A program made the translations under genes and the position numbers. A stretch of 63,984 nt of DNA, filler included, from Folioceros fuciformis (Eukaryota): assembly GCA_049999805.1 (NCBI GenBank). It is 9 parts of 9 records of this genome, joined end to end, with 100 filler letters (N's around TTAATTAATTAA, not from the genome) between each part and the next. Parts side by side here need not be neighbours in the genome. Positions count along the whole stretch, not along the records: positions 1 to 8,754 come from JBNGIO010003870.1; positions 8,855 to 10,791 come from JBNGIO010003871.1; 7 more parts are not named here. One strand, given 5' to 3'. The notes under the pieces were generated by a model that ran no database searches, was not told where the DNA came from, and was given only the letters and a program-made list of their open reading frames with translations. Within the stretch, counting starts at the first letter, position 1; each line of letters begins with the position of its first letter. Of the stretch, positions 1 through 10,891 are shown one piece after another.

Positions 1-275
1 TAGAGTCGTTGTAGTGACTGGAGTGAGTTTGTGGGCACCAAGAGAGGTGCAGCTAACCGCCGGACAACGAGGCCTGTCCTACGCCTGATCGGAGCTGGAG
101 GGGAGCCCTCGAATCCATCATCGAGTCGATCAAGTCCGACCCTCCATCCACAGCAGCAAGGAACCCCATCGCTCCTTCGTGGGAACGAAACCCAATGTCT
201 CAACGACAGTGGGATAAGTGTGGCCACTAAAGGTGGAACCCGTCGGCAATCAGTGCCCGGGGTTTTGCCTCCACA
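1..275. mobile_element. Terminus of a high-copy LTR-like element (copy 1 of 3)
   Basis: Near-identical to 8855-9098 and 18210-18402. All three copies end at ...GGTTTTGCCTCCACA and are followed by unrelated flanks. Confidence 0.75.
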
Positions 276-496
276 CATCTCCCTAACCTTGACCCACCAT
301 TGTAACAGCTGATTGGATCCCGCCAGCGGATTATTCATGCCAGATCTGCAGCCGCACGGATGACGCAAAGCTCATGCTGCTTTGTGATGGATGCAATGGG
401 GGGTTCCACCTGTTCTCCTTGCAGCCACCTTTGGCTAAGGTTCTTGAGCAACTTTGGTACTGTTCAAAGTGTGTTGAAACTACTACTCAGGTGTGA
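276..496 (+). pseudogene. PHD-finger-encoding 3' end of a putative Ty3/gypsy-like pol (after integrase)
   Basis: Not in the ORF track. Translates to HLPNLD/PTIVTADWIPPADYSCQICSRTDDAKLMLLCDGCNGGFHLFSLQPPLAKVLEQLWYCSKCVETTTQV*, a C4HC3 pattern with one Cys to Ser change and one frameshift near 293. Followed by a PPT and an LTR start. Confidence 0.75.
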
Positions 497-594
497 CTGT
501 TTCAATTTGTTTTCAGTTGTGAAGATGGATGTGATTGCATTGCAGGGTGTCATGGCTGCTAGTCATATTCAGGTTGTTGATTGCCCATGTGACT

Positions 595-828
595 AGTAGG
601 GGAGTTGTTGTGTCTGCTAGTCACAATTGGGTTCATGTGGCATCTGCCATTCTATGTGTGGCAGGTGCTATGGCCCCATAGNNNNNNNNNNNNNNNNNNN
701 NNNNNNNNNNNNNNNNNNNNNNNNNNNNNNNNNNNNNNNNNNNNNNNNNNNNNNNNNNNNNNNNNNNNNNNNNNNNNNNNNGATGCATGTACCTTGTGTG
801 CCCAACAGCCGGTGATGCATGCACGACA
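595..828 (+). mobile_element. Polypurine tract plus LTR (TGTTGTG...CACGACA), spanning an N gap
   Basis: AGTAGGGGAG at 595-604, TG start at 606, CA end at 828 with an imperfect terminal inverted repeat. 782-828 is repeated at 1457-1503. Confidence 0.6.
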
Positions 829-830
829 GC

Positions 831-1503
831 TATCGTGGCACCAGACTTGTTTTATAAGAATATATATAGTAGCCTAGAGGTAGGCTAGCTATATATGTGA
901 TTTTGGCCATTAGGAAATAGCTATTAATTAGCTTACCCCATATGAAGCTATTTAGCTGACATTATCAGGATAGGTTATTAGGCCATTTAGGTCATTTCTA
1001 GAACCAAGGCTGCAAACCCGGCAGATGGCTCGTGGGCTACATCATGCAGCTCGCTGCTGCAACGGCCAACGGATCACGCGAGGTGGTGGCCTCATCACAC
1101 CAAGAGGGAGGTGTTAGCTCATGATGGCGGCCAAGACCTCAAGACCAGCGATGGCAGCTGCAACAACCAGTTGTCGAAGTCCATGGAAAGGGAAAGTTGC
1201 TGAATTTCTGATTTGAATGCAAGGTTTTGATGTGCATGTGGCTCAGAACGATTGTAGTGTTTGTGGGTGCTGCGGTAGGTCACGGATTTACCAACTCCAG
1301 GCAGCCCGTGGAGGGCAGCCCTTTTGATTCGTATTTGCACCGAAGTGCGCAACAGCACACGTGAGCGCTGTTGGCATGTCTGTGTGGCATGGATAGAATT
1401 TCCTGTTTGTCCTGTTTTCTTATTGCAACTGAAGGCCGGGTCAGACTGGAGCGCGGGATGCACGTACCTTGTGTGCCCAACAGCCGGTGATGCATGCACG
1501 ACA
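831..1503 (+). mobile_element. Probable second related LTR (TATCGTG...CACGACA)
   Basis: Shares its last 47 bp with the preceding LTR (1 mismatch). Copia coding sequence starts abruptly after 1503. Confidence 0.5.
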
Positions 1504-4409
1504 AGGAGCTTCCCCTTTGCAAGTCTTGTGTCCTGGCTAAACAAAAGGAGTTTCCTTTCCGAACACTCCGGACTTCAGAACCAGCCATGTCCTTGATCTT
1601 GTGCATGCCGACATATTTGGCAAAACTCACGTCCCGTCTTTGGGTGGATCTCTTTACTACCTGACCATCACTGACGACTATAGTCGTTATTCCTGGACCT
1701 ATCCACTGAAGAAGAAGTCGGATACTTTTTCTTTCTTCCAGGAATGGCTGACCATGATTCAACGACAAACAAGGGGTTACCTTAAGTGCCTTCGCTCCGA
1801 CAATGGTACAGAATTCGTGAACTCTCAGTTTGACGAGTACCTTTCCTCACAAGGCATCACAAGGCAGCTTAGTATACCCTACAGTCAGCAGCAGAATGGC
1901 GTTGTAGAGCACCGTAACCAGACCTTATTAAATATGATTTGGAGTATGCTAGCCTGGTCTGGACTTCACAAATCATATTGGGCTGAGGCTGTAGTCACGG
2001 CTACTTACATCTTGAAATTGCCTCCTCACTTCTGTTGTACCAGATCGAACCCCTTTCGAAGTTCTTTGGCAAAGGAAACCTAGCTTGCTTCATTTACGTG
2101 TCTTCGGATCTCCTGCATATGCTTACATCCATGAGAAACAATGTAAAAAGCTTGAAGATCAGGCACGGCCCCTTATTTTTGTCGGCTATGGTGAAGAAAC
2201 CAAAGCATACAAACTTTATAACCTAGTTTCACACACCTCTCTATTTGCCAAGAGTGTTACCTTCAAGGAGATCACAAGCTCTCAGTCTGCAACTGCTCAA
2301 AATTTTGGAAATCCTGATTCAACTGTAATTCCTGGTTCTGTTCTCAACGCCTCTGTTTTTTATGATTCCCCTTCAGTTTTTCCACAAGATGCCGTGTATG
2401 AATTGCCAGCAGCTGCCGTTTATATACCTGTTTCAGTTGCTAGCCCTTCAGGGGGTGGATCACAGCCATCACAGCAACTGCAGCCACAGCAATCACAACA
2501 GCCGCAGCCACAGCAGACTTTACAGCCCACAACAGTCACAGCCAAGTAGCGTACAACCGAACTCACCTGCTGCTCTTGCTTCATTGAATTTTGAAGTCGA
2601 TCTTGAGGTTTTAGAGCCAGTCAATTCAGATGTAGCATTTGATTCAAACACTCTTGATTCACAGCCCGCTGATGATGAAGGCATGCCTAGTGCAGAACCC
2701 GCTATTGTAGTACCTATCCCATTACTCTCACAACCAGCTGCAGAGGAAGAACGCAGATACCCTACTTGTTCCTGTCCTTCTCGAGAAAACTGGCAAACTA
2801 AACCCTATGAGCCAGAGGACTTTAGGCGACCATGTTCTGCACGTCTCTTCGAGGTCTTCTCATCTAGCACTTCTTTTCTGGCAGAACCTTGCACATACAG
2901 AGAGGCCATCATAGGGAAGAATAAGAAACACTGGATTCCATCAATCCAGGATGAATATGACTCTTTGATGAAAAATGAAATGTGGGAACTCTGCTCCTTG
3001 CCTGCAGGAAGGAAAACTGTGAGCTGCAAGTGGGTGTTCAAGCACAAGTTAAATGCACAAGGAGAGATAGCGTGTTACAAGTCACGTCTTGTTGCACGTG
3101 GTTTCTCCCAAGTTGCAGGTGTCGAGACATTCAGCCCTGTTGTGAAGACCCAATCCATAAGAATCATGCTAGCACTTGCATGTGACTGGGATCTTGAACA
3201 AATTGACGTCTCGACTGCATTTCTATACGGAGAGTTAGAAGAGGACATTTATATGGATCAGCCAAAGGGTTTTGTGGATCCTGAACACCCAGACTGGGTT
3301 TGCAAGCTCAATAAGACTCTCTACAGGCTTAAGCAGAGCGCAAGGGAGTGGTACAAATGCATTGATAAATACCTCAAATCTATTGGCTTTGTTCAAAATC
3401 CAGCATATGCCAACGTATATATGTATACCGAAGGAGGACACATTGTGATCCTAGCTCTTTATATCGACAACGCCATTTTAGCATCCAAAAATTGAGATCT
3501 TTTAGACTGGGTCAAGGTCATGCTGCACAAGCGCTACGACATGAAAGACATAGGTCAGCTCACATTTGTCCTTGGTGTTCAGCTTCTGCGTGATAGGGAA
3601 AATCATACCTTGATTCTTCATCAGACCAAGTATGTTCATGAGACACTTTGCCGCTTCAACCTAGCAGATGCCAAGCCTGTTAGCACACCAAGCACAGTGG
3701 GTCAGAAGTTGTTTGCTGAGCAATCCCCACAGGATGAAGAAGAAAAGGCAGCCATGAGTCAGATCCCTTATCGTCATGCAGTAGGCTACCTGAATTACAT
3801 AGCCTGCCGGACAGGGCCTAATATTCAGCATTCTGTGAGCTCCATATCACAATATCTTGAGAACCCAGGCCAGGACCATTGGATGGCTGTTAAGCGCATC
3901 CTTCGCTATTTAAAGCGAACGTCCACCTATAGGTTATGCTTCAACGGAGCTGAGAATTCCAATACCATTCAAGGGTATGCCGATGCTGACTTGGCAATAG
4001 ATCCTGACCAATGCATAAGCATCTTAGCTTATTGTTTTTTGCTTTCCAATGCTGCTATCAATTGGAGCTCAAAGAAGCAAGCCTCCGTTGCTCTTTCCTC
4101 CACGGAAGCGGAGTATAAGGCACTCACAGATTCAACTAAGGAAGCTGAGTGGGAGCGGACTTTTCTCTCCGGCCAGAATTGTTCTCAACTAGCTCCAACT
4201 ATCATCTATTGCGACAACATATTAACAATTGCGCTTGTTGGGAATCCCCGTTTCCATGCCCGCACCAAACATATCGAGATCCAACATCATTTTGTTTGCC
4301 AATCTATGGAGCACAAGGTGATTCAGATTGATTACATTCCAACGGAGCTGAACACAACAGATGTTCTCACGAAATGCTTGCCTACCAACAAGCACTGTTT
4401 TCATATGGA
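1504..4409 (+). mobile_element. Decayed Ty1/copia pol (integrase-RT-RNase H), family B
   Basis: CKSC zinc-finger half, HAD...DDYSR...RSDNGTEF...QNGVVE integrase, QIDVSTAFLYG and LYIDN RT, YADAD...STEAEY...HARTKHIEI RNase H. INT precedes RT. Frameshifts and stops present. Confidence 0.95.
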
Positions 4410-4880
4410 TGATAATCATTAGATGTGACGCGGTCATGGTAGTAGGCGCAAAGATAGTTGAATGCATTATGGCAGTTACACACTCCGGTGTCAGGTGTAC
4501 GCGACGGACAGTTATTACGTTACTAGGTCACTTAACCTAAGACCTGTACGCCTATCTATATATGTATAGTTAGATATTTATATATATACCTATTCTCACT
4601 CCCACTCAGGTCTTTAAGGTTAGTGAGTGTTAGGTTATAGAGTATGTATGTATGTATGTTAGCTCAGAAACGAAACGCGAGCCTAACAAAGCAACTCTAT
4701 ATGCTGAAAAGAAACTCGTCAGCCCCCAATTCAGCTTCGAGAGAAGCTCTTCAGTCTTCACGCCTCGCTTGACTCTTCGAATTGCTGCCGACCTCCCAGT
4801 TGAGATGCCGACCATGTGGTGTGCTCCACCGCAGAGGTCCTTGTGCGTCCTCTGCTATAGCTAGCCACTCTTACTATTAT
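4410..4880 (-). mobile_element. 3' LTR (about 4410-4598), PPT (4599-4608) and 3' tail of an oppositely oriented copia element
   Basis: Minus strand reads TGAGTGGGAG then TGAGAATA...ATCA. Layout and tail resemble 62980-63392. Confidence 0.55.
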
Positions 4881-4884
4881 TTAC

Positions 4885-6314
4885 ACAAGAAGGCATTGCC
4901 ATGCAAATGGGTGTATAAGATGAAGGACATAACTTATTATGGCAAACCCAAGTACAAGGCACGATTGGTTGCTAAGGGTTTTAAGCAACAGCAAGGTATT
5001 GACTTTGATGAGATTTTCTCACCAGTTGTCAAAATGACCACCTTGTGATGTGTTCTAACTCTGGTTACGAGGAATGACATGGAACTTGTCCGAATGGATG
5101 TGAAATCGGCATTTCTGCATGGTGATGTCTAGGAAGAGGTATACATGTAGCAACCAGAGGGTTTCATTGAGAAGAGCAAAGAGAATCTGGTGTGCAGGTT
5201 AAAGAAGAGCCTTTATGGTTTGAAGCAGGCACCTAGGGAGTGGTATTACAAGTTCCACTCATGTATGCTTTCTCAAGGCTACAAACATAGCGGGAGGATC
5301 ATTGCCTCTATATGAAGCAAGCCAAGGATGGAAGCTTGCTCATTCTGGTCTTCTTTGTAGATGATATGCTAATTGCTGGGAATAGCAGTGATGAGATTTC
5401 AGAGTTGAAGTCAAAGTTGAATGCTCGCTTTGACATGATAGACTTGGGAGAGGCAAGCCATATTCTTGGCATGCATATTCGTCAAGACAGACATAAGCAT
5501 TTGCTTTACTTGTCTTAGATTGAATACATTAACAAGGTGCTTCAACGTTTCAATATGGAGAAGGGGAAGGTATTGAGTACTCCACTCCCTCCATATGTGA
5601 AACTTTCGAGCAAGGATTTCCCAAGCTTTATGGAGGACAAAGCTGAAATGGAGAAGGTTCCATACTCATCAGCTGTAGGGAGTTTGATGTATGCAATGAT
5701 TGCTACACGTCCTGACATTGCTTTTGCAGTGGGAGTGGTTAGCAGGTTTATATCAAACCCTAGCAGGAAGCATTGGGAGGCAGTGAAAGGAGTTATGAGG
5801 TACTTAAATGGTACAAAAGCTTTGTGCTTATGTATTGGTAGTGAAGATGCATCTGTCGTAGGATATACGGATGCTGATTATGTAGGGGATATGGACAAAA
5901 GGAGGTCCACATCAGGTTATGTCTTCATGTGCATTGGAGGGGCAGTCTCATGACGATCTCGTTTTGCAATCGTGCATAACGCTATCTACCACAAAGGCCG
6001 AGTATGTTGCAGCGACTGAGGCTTGCAAGGAAGCCATGTGGCTTGCTCGTTTAGTGGGAGATTTGGGGATCAAGGTTGAGCTGCTAGTGTTGCATTGTGA
6101 TAGCTAGAGTTCTATCCAATTGGCGAAGAATCCAGTGTTTCATGCGAAGACCAAACATGTGGAAGTGAAGTATCACTTCATTCGAGAGGTGTTGGAAGAC
6201 AAGAGGGTACAGCTTGTCAATGTTCACACCAGTTAGAACCCTGTAGATATTCTTACCAAGGGGCTCTCTACGGAGCAATTCGCATAAGCTCGAACACTCA
6301 TGGGCATGAAGTAG
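4885..6314 (+). mobile_element. Decayed Ty1/copia RT-RNase H, family A (Tnt1/Tork-like)
   Basis: [31 protein letters not shown] and HAKTKHVEV motifs. Closely similar to 10892-11560 and 53305-54128. Confidence 0.95.
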
Positions 6315-6345
6315 ACCACTCTCCTACAAAGGTAAATTGGCCTTT

Positions 6346-6647
6346 AAGTGGGAGGTTGTAGGGTTATTAAAGCCCAATGTGCTTAGACTAATGTGTTTAG
6401 TCTAAGATTAGTGTCTAGTTAAGTATTATTCGTTTAGATTAGCTTAAGCTAATATGTAGGAAGCTTCTTGCGCAACTTCCTATGCACTTCTTGTGAAGCT
6501 TCCTTAGGAGCTTTTCTAGAGGGTATAAATACCCCCTTGAGCTCCCTTGCAATAGTGAGACTATGTGAGAGTGTGACCTCTCTTTTTCCTCTCCTCCTTG
6601 CTTCCTCTTCTCCTCCTTCACCATGTGGCTCCTCTAGCGATCCTTGA
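6346..6647 (+). mobile_element. Family A PPT plus 3' LTR (6357-6647)
   Basis: AAGTGGGAGG followed by TGTAGGGTTA...GATCCTTGA, with internal TATAAATA. Other copies at 8425-8658 (+) and 8682-8754 (-). Confidence 0.85.
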
Positions 6648-8424
6648 TTGTGGTCAGGATTACCTTCTCCATACTAGGCAGAAGCAGTAGTGACAGCTAC
6701 GTACATACTCAACAGGCTTACATCATTGTCGATTCCTGGCAGCACGCCTTTCGAGATATTCCGGAAGAGAAAACTAAGTATCATGCATCTTCGCGTCTTT
6801 GGCTCGAGAGCTTTTGCGTACATACCTGTTGAGAAGAGGCATAAACGTGACAACCGTTCAAAGGGGTTAATATTTGTTGGTTACAACGAGATTGCTAAAG
6901 CTTACAAACTTATTGATGTAGACACTTTACAGCCTACTGTAGCAAGGAGTGTAACTTTCATGGAGACACTAGAGCCACTAGTCACAAGGGATGGCATATT
7001 ACTTGAACAACATGAAGGTCATTTGAAGTTTACAGAGGAACATGTCGACTACCATGATGACGTTGATGGAGACGCCGCTCCAAGTATCCAATCTTTTCCT
7101 CCTGTACAGCCTGTTGTGGTGCCTCAACAGCCTATGCCATTAGCCCCTATCCAACCAGCAGCAGACCCTGATCCTCCAGCTGGTGATCCACAAGATGATG
7201 GACCTGCCGCAGATCCTATCCCAAATCTAGACAATCACTTAGATTCAAAATCTGGACTTGACAGTTATTCCCAAGATTCTGATTCTGTAGGTGAAGATGA
7301 GCCATTACTTGTTCCAGCACTGGATGCACCTGAGCCCATTCATCAGTCTACACGTGTGCATCGCCCTCCCTTTGAGTGGACAGAACCTCGTTACACATCC
7401 ATTGATTTTTGCAAGTCAATGTCCACCATGTCTCCCTGCCTGTCATTCCTCTTGAGCCTGTTACACTCAAGGAAGCCTTCTCAGGCCTAGATAGGGATAA
7501 GTGGAAATACGCTATGGATGATGAGTACAATAGCTTAATTTAGAATGGTACCTGGAAGTTGGTTCCCCGTCCTGAAGGCCGCAGACCTATTACGTGCAAA
7601 TGGGTCTTCAAACACAAACTTAACTCTAAGGGGGAGATTGCCAGGTATAAGGTTCGTTTGTGTGCTAGGGGCTTTACCTAAATTCCAGGCCTAGACTTCA
7701 AAGAAACATTCTCCCCGATAGTCAGATCCCAATCTATTCATCTCATTCTTGCTCTAGCAGCTGAACATGACCTGGAGCTTGAGCAAATGGATGTCAAGAC
7801 TACTTTTTTACATGGTGCTTTAGAGGAAGAGTTGTATATGGAGCAGCCTGAGGGCTACGAGGACCCTACACATCCAGATTGGGCTTGTTAGTTAATCAAG
7901 TGCATTTATGGCTTGAGACAATCTGCAGAACGCTTGAATGCTAAACTAGACACTTGCCTGCGTGCACTTGGCTTTTGACAGACTCCTACTGATCCCTCAG
8001 TTTACATCTATGATGATGGCTCTTCTTATGTACTATTGGCAGTATATGTAGACGATGCAGTATTTGCAGCCAACGACAAATAGCTATTAGCTATAGCTAT
8101 TTAGCTAAACCCTAAACCCAAAAGTTCAAGCTTTGTTACGTAATGAATTCGAGATGACCGACGTTGGTGAGTTGAAGTTATGCCTGGGCATTCAAGTGCT
8201 GCGAGTGAGAGAGCAAGGAATGATTATTATCCATCAACACGGATATCAAAGATATGAAGGATGTCCCGTATAGACATGTTGTGGGAAGCCTCCTGATTGA
8301 GAGCAATTGGACACGTCCTGATATCACATTTGCAGTGAATACTGCTTCTCTATTCTTGGAATGTTCTCGGAGAAATCATTGGATAGCGATTAAACGGGTA
8401 TTCCGTTACCTTAAGGGTACTCAT
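6648..8424 (+). mobile_element. Decayed Ty1/copia integrase C-terminus and RT, family C, bounded by family A LTRs
   Basis: AEAV.TA.YILNR, HLRVFGS, CKWVFKHK, QMDVKT and YVDD motifs with many stops. Confidence 0.9.
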
Positions 8425-8658
8425 TGTAGGGTTATTAAAGCCCAATGTGCTTAGACTAATGTGTTTAGTCTAAGATTAGTGTATAGTTAAATATCATTTG
8501 TTTAGATTAGCTTAAGCTAATCTGTAGGAAGCTTCCTGTGCGCTTCTTGTGAAGCTTCTTAAGGAACTCTTCTAGAGGATATAAATACTCCCTTGAGCTC
8601 CCTTGCAATTGAGACAGTGTGAGAGTGTGACCTCTCTTTCTCCTCTCCTCCTTGCTTC
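8425..8658 (+). mobile_element. Family A LTR, 3'-truncated
   Basis: Matches 6357 onward and starts exactly at TGTAGGGTTA. Confidence 0.85.
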
Positions 8659-8667
8659 ACAATCCGA

Positions 8668-8754
8668 GCTCTGATACCAGTTGAAGGATCGCTAGAGGAG
8701 CAACATGGTGAAGGAGGAGAGGAGGAAGCAAGGAAGAGAGGAGAAAGAGAGGTC
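8668..8754 (-). mobile_element. Family A 5' LTR end plus tRNA-iMet primer-binding site
   Basis: Minus strand reads ...CTCTAGCGATCCTTCA-AC-TGGTATCAGAGC, the canonical plant iMet PBS. Confidence 0.85.
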
Positions 8755-8854
8755 NNNNNNNNNNNNNNNNNNNNNNNNNNNNNNNNNNNNNNNNNNNNTT
8801 AATTAATTAANNNNNNNNNNNNNNNNNNNNNNNNNNNNNNNNNNNNNNNNNNNN
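8755..8854. other. Artificial scaffold linker N44-TTAATTAATTAA-N44 (also 10792-10891, 14665-14764, 18110-18209, 44591-44690, 51146-51245, 59276-59375, 61214-61313)
   Basis: An identical 100-nt construct with stops in all six frames occurs eight times. Confidence 0.98.
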
Positions 8855-9098
8855 TGGGCACCGAGAGAGGTGCAGCTGACCGCCAGACAGCGAGGCCTGT
8901 CCTACGCCTGATCGGAGCTGGAGGGGAGCCTTCGAATCCGTCATCGAGTCGATCAAGTCCGACCCTCCATCCACAGCAGCAAGGAACCCCATCGCTCCTT
9001 CGTGGGAACGAAACCCAATGTCTCAACGACAGTGGGATAAGTGTGGCCACTAAAGGTGGAATCCGTCGGCAATCAGTGCCCGGGGTTTTGCCTCCACA
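8855..9098. mobile_element. Terminus of the high-copy LTR-like element (copy 2)
   Basis: Matches 32-275 with the same ...CCTCCACA end. Confidence 0.75.
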
Positions 9099-9306
9099 GG
9101 TAGGATTCAGACGGGGTGGCAAAACGGCAAAGTTAGATTTGGGTTGGTCTGACGGGATGGCAGGCAGCTGAAGTCAGGCGATCCAGGTCTGCCAGCAACT
9201 GGACTGATCGGTAGAGGCAGATTTGAGCTAGGTGGTGGGTCTGGCTAGCTCGCCGATTCTAGAGCTAGGTAGGCGGGCCAACAAGCTGAGTGCCTGGACG
9301 AGACAG

Positions 9307-9567
9307 GCATGGCAGGTGGTCGAGCCGGCAGCGGCCAATTGCTGAGGAGCAGCCAAGCCTCGCAAGCAGCATGGCAGGTGGTCGAGCCGGCAACGGCCAG
9401 CTGCTGAGGAGTAGCCAAGCCTTGCAGGCGGCATGGCAGGTGGTCGAGCCGGCAGCGGCCAGCTGCTGAGGAGCAGCCAAGCCTTGCAGGCGGCATGGCA
9501 GGTGGTCGAGCCGGCAACGGCCAGCTGCTGAGGAGCAGCCAAGCCTCGCAGGCGGCATGGCAGGTGG
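9307..9567. repeat. GC-rich 62-bp minisatellite, at least 4.2 copies, running into an N gap
   Basis: GCATGGCAGGTGG starts at 9307, 9369, 9431, 9493 and 9555. Confidence 0.95.
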
Positions 9568-10891
9568 NNNNNNNNNNNNNNNNNNNNNNNNNNNNNNNNN
9601 NNNNNNNNNNNNNNNNNNNNNNNNNNNNNNNNNNNNNNNNNNNNNNNNNNNNNNNNNNNNNNNNNNNAGGAGGGAAATCTAGGCCAGGCGGGCCTCGGCA
9701 TGATCCAGGCCGCAGGTAGGCGCGGCCATCGGCTGGTTGTGGATGGTGCTGGAGCGGACTGGGCGGGCTAGAGGTGGACCGAACCTAAGCTGGCAGGGGG
9801 AGGTGGATTTGGCGGTTGGCTAAGGCGGGCGCTAGTCGGAGGCAGGCCAACTTGCTGGAATTCTGCAAGGAGTCAGGCACGCAGGCAAGCAAGCAGGATG
9901 CTGGAGCGCTAGCTGAAGCATGGCCAGACTCCAGGCCGCAAGTGTACTGGATCTAGGGAGGCGACGGTGGATAGACGGCTAGATCCAGGCAAGCAGGAGG
10001 TCGTGCATCCAGGCTGGTGCTAGCGAATCAAACCCAGACAGCAGGCCAACTGGATAGGGACAAGCTAGTAAGCAGGCTGATCGGATAGCGGCTACAGGGC
10101 AAGCTGGCAATCGCAGCTACCAGTCGGGCAGAGCAGGCTGGCTTGCGGCGGCCTGGCTAGTCAGCAAGCTGGCCACTGGCCTGGCCATCCTGCCTCTTGA
10201 CTGGCTGCTGAGAGCTTGGCAAGCAGCGACACAGAGTCCGACAGCTGGCACACGAATTCCAGGTAGTCCAGGGGTGGATCGCGGCAAAGCTGAGAGCAGG
10301 CAGGCTGGCTGACTAGTCTGGGAGGCCTGGTTGTTTGGCAGGCTAGGGGCTGGCGTCTAGCCGGCGGGCCAGATTCGGGTTGGCAGCGCAATGGTGGGTT
10401 GGCTGAGCCAGACTGGAGCCAGGAGCAGGCAAAGGGCTAGGTGTGGCTGCCAGCGGGCAGGCCAGGCTTGGAGCTAGCGAGCTGGGTTTAGGCTGAAGCA
10501 AGCGGGGGCCAGGGTCAGTCTAGCTGACCAGATCCAGTTGGGCAGGTAGTCGCACATCGGACTAGGCAATCAAATCAGAGCCGAACACCAGGCGGATGGG
10601 ATCGCTGCAGGATAGTAGGCAGAGTTGATGGCCAGCGGTGAGGCGCCTGATTCGGTGGTTGGACCAGTTGGGCGGTCAGGTGATCGAGGCTTCGGGACTC
10701 TTGATGGATTCCTGATGGGTGTGACTGTAGGGAGGATCGGGGGTGCTAAGTGGTGGGGGGGAAGAGATGGAGGCTCGTCGGCCTGTTCTCTNNNNNNNNN
10801 NNNNNNNNNNNNNNNNNNNNNNNNNNNNNNNNNNNTTAATTAATTAANNNNNNNNNNNNNNNNNNNNNNNNNNNNNNNNNNNNNNNNNNNN

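Noticed and set aside
8755..8854. Recurring TTAATTAATTAA palindrome as a biological repeat
   Set aside because: It is always centred in exactly 44+44 Ns, so it is an artificial concatenation linker.
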